This document shows, piece by piece, positions 61,602-64,000 of a stretch of 64,000 bases of DNA. The DNA lies in NCBI RefSeq assembly GCF_018977255.1, contig NW_024704742.1, forward strand, positions 8,000,001-8,064,000. The letters run 5' to 3'. Within the stretch, counting starts at the first letter, position 1. Each line of letters starts with the position of its first letter. The stretch is from Callorhinchus milii. Its lineage: Eukaryota. The notes beneath the pieces were generated by a model, which saw only the letters and a program-made list of their open reading frames with translations, did no database searches and was not told the DNA's origin. The translations under genes and the position numbers were made by a program.

Positions 61602-61977
61602 GTGGAGTTCTGTAGCTCAGTGGATAAAGGCACCCGCCTCGCAAGTGAGATACCTGGGTTCGATTCCCGGCAGGGTAACATAGTGGACAAGTTTCCTTAC
61701 TCCACACAACAATGTTTACCTAGCAGTGAGTAGGAACATGGTTGTTAGTTGATTGGCGAATCACTTTTCCGGTGTTAATAATTCCTTCAAAAAAAATCAT
61801 GAGAAATTTGTCACTCAATCCACGACTGTTTGTTGGACACTGATGGGCCCAATTGGCTGCTTTTTTTTTGCCCACAAAATATACAGTCAATTCACTTTAC
61901 ATTATATTCTGTGAAGCGCTTTGTGACATTTCGAAGACACGATAAGGCGGTATATCAAATGCAAGGATTATTATTAT
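61602..61977 (+). mobile_element. Young SINE, full-length long variant
   Basis: Head GTGGAGTTCTGTAGCTCAG...GGTTCGATTCCCGG, then the central domain and tail. Confidence 0.92.
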
Positions 61978-63303
61978 GTCAATGCACAATTATATAGAAT
62001 TACATAGACTGTACAACAGCAAAATGGTTCGTTCGACTCATCTAATCCCTACCGTTATTTATATTCCAAATGAGCCTGCACTCCCCCTAATTGACTATCC
62101 TCAACTCCTCCCACACCCCTCTATTCACTTCTCCCTCATGTGTGTGTCCAGTTTGCTCTTAAATGTACTGATGCTCTCTTCTTCAACCACAGTCCAGTTC
62201 ATTGAGTGGTTTAACACAGTAATAGGAATTAACGTTTGGAATTACATGTATTTTAAGATGTCTATAAACTTCCTTTGATTTAATTTAACATGAAATCAAT
62301 TTCCTCTATTCAATGGCCTGCAACACCCCAATTTTTTCATATCTTTTATAAATAATGAAGGCACTTTGAGTTTGGTTAAAGTCTTTGTTGCAATGACGTG
62401 ATCCATATTTCAGCAGCACAGTAATGACCATAATTGCAAAAGCTGTAATGTTAGCAAAGTGCTTTATTGCAGGCATGAAATAAAAAAGGATTCAACCTAT
62501 TAAAAGAAGTAGTTACACCAGCAATGGTAGTTATAATACAGACAGCAATGGATCGAAAGTTTTGCTTGCAAAATATAACCTATAGTCATTAACAGAGAAT
62601 GGGATGTGTACGATGTGCACAATCAGCATTAATTGGAAGCAATGAAATATGGCATTGAAATATCAATAGAATTTATATAGTCTTCGGTTCAACATTATGA
62701 AGGATTTAATTTACAAACCATTGATCATGCCTGGATATGCACTCTCAAAAGAATTAGTAGCCCTGCACAGAAGTAATTTTTATTGGGACTGTAATATGTC
62801 AGTTGTGGCATGGTCTAATAATGCACTTCCAACTACAGATCTCTCCCAATGTGGCAGAGGGTGATGGCACAGTACCACATTGCAGGTTTCATTCATTCCT
62901 AGCAGCTCCCAGATCTCCTCCATCACATGTGATGGAATGTCAACCGTCAGTGATTTCAAGGGATCACAGTTTGCATTATGATACTCTTGCAGAGGCAGTA
63001 GAAAGCGATCTAAATACCTTTGAATGGTATAGAAACATTAATTAATTAATAGAAAATCCAAACAGGTTACACCTAAAGCTTTGGAGCTCCACCTAGATGT
63101 CAATATCACATATTCCCATGAAGTTGGACTTCGAGACAATCAGCTGAACAAATCTGGAATTGATTAGATACTATTCCTTTGGTGAATCTCACAGTTTAAA
63201 GCTTCATCGTCTCATTTTGGCCATCAGTTGCCCTGTTCAAATCCTCAAATAAGATGAAGTTGTCTAGTTGTCTACTTGGATGGGTCATTGAGATCAGTTG
63301 GTC

Positions 63304-64000
63304 AACAGCAACAAAATTACATTTGTATAACGCCTTTCACGTTGGGAGGATATTCCAAGGTGCTGGACAGTCAGTGTTTCAGACCTGAGCTGGGGCTCGG
63401 GATTGGAGAGAGTGGAGGGCAGGGGGGAAGGAGGGTGATCGAAAGCACGGTCGAAGAGGAGGGTCTTGAGATGAGTCTTGAAGGAGGCAAGAGAGGGGGC
63501 GAGGCGAGGGAGGAATGGAGTTCCAGAGGGTGTGGGCAGAGTTGCTGAAGGCCCACCTACCAATAGTGGGGTGGGCGAGGTGGAGGACGTGAAGCATACT
63601 GGAGTCTGCTGAGCAGAAGGAGCAGGCAGGATTGTAGGGGCTAGGAGATTGCAGAGGTAGGCCAAGTAAGGCCACAGAGGCCTTTGAAGGTGAGGACCAG
63701 GATCTTGAACTGTATCCTCTGTGATGGGAAGCCAGTGGAGTTGGGTGAGAATGGGGATGATAGGGTCACGGAGCCTGGTGTGGGAGAGGACACGGGCTGC
63801 AGAGTTCTGGATGATCTGCAGCCTATGGAGGGAGGAGTTGGGGAGCCGACAAGCAATGAATTTGCATAGTCAAGAATGGATGTTATGAATGTGTGTATGA
63901 GGGTTTCGGCAGCCTGTGGTGTGAAACAGTGACAGAGCCGGGCGATGTTGCAGAGGTGGGGGAAGGCAGAGCAGGTCATGGCGCAGATGTGGGGTACAAA
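63304..64000 (-). mobile_element. L2 LINE fragment (continues beyond the window)
   Basis: Encodes AAETLIHTFITSILDYANSLL, QRIQFKILVLTFK and FKTHLKTLLFDRAF; has a (CAA)n tail. Same subfamily as 19438-20440. Confidence 0.92.

Overview
This is repeat-dense, CpG-depleted vertebrate non-coding DNA, either intergenic or within a large intron. The repeat complement points to a cartilaginous fish, possibly a holocephalan (inference). I could not identify any host protein-coding exon. Every ORF with recognisable homology belongs to a decayed retroelement: one ~2.1 kb 5'-truncated CR1 LINE with a SINE inserted in its RT region, many CR1 and L2 3' fragments, and a Penelope-like GIY-YIG remnant. Two SINE families dominate. 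The younger has a tRNA-Ala(CGC)-like head and an L2-type tail ending in (ATT)n, with long and short variants in dozens of copies. The older is a Deu-domain SINE. The most notable observations are: minimal hammerhead-ribozyme motifs in two Penelope termini; an 89-nt hairpin with a 27-bp stem (40474-40562); a two-copy ~230-bp palindromic MITE-like element; the chimeric architecture and tail swapping of the young SINE; several templated-insertion or duplication scars; and repeat-free islands with Pbx-Hox/Meis/TCF/Cdx motif clusters that look like conserved developmental enhancers. All boundaries were read by eye and are approximate.
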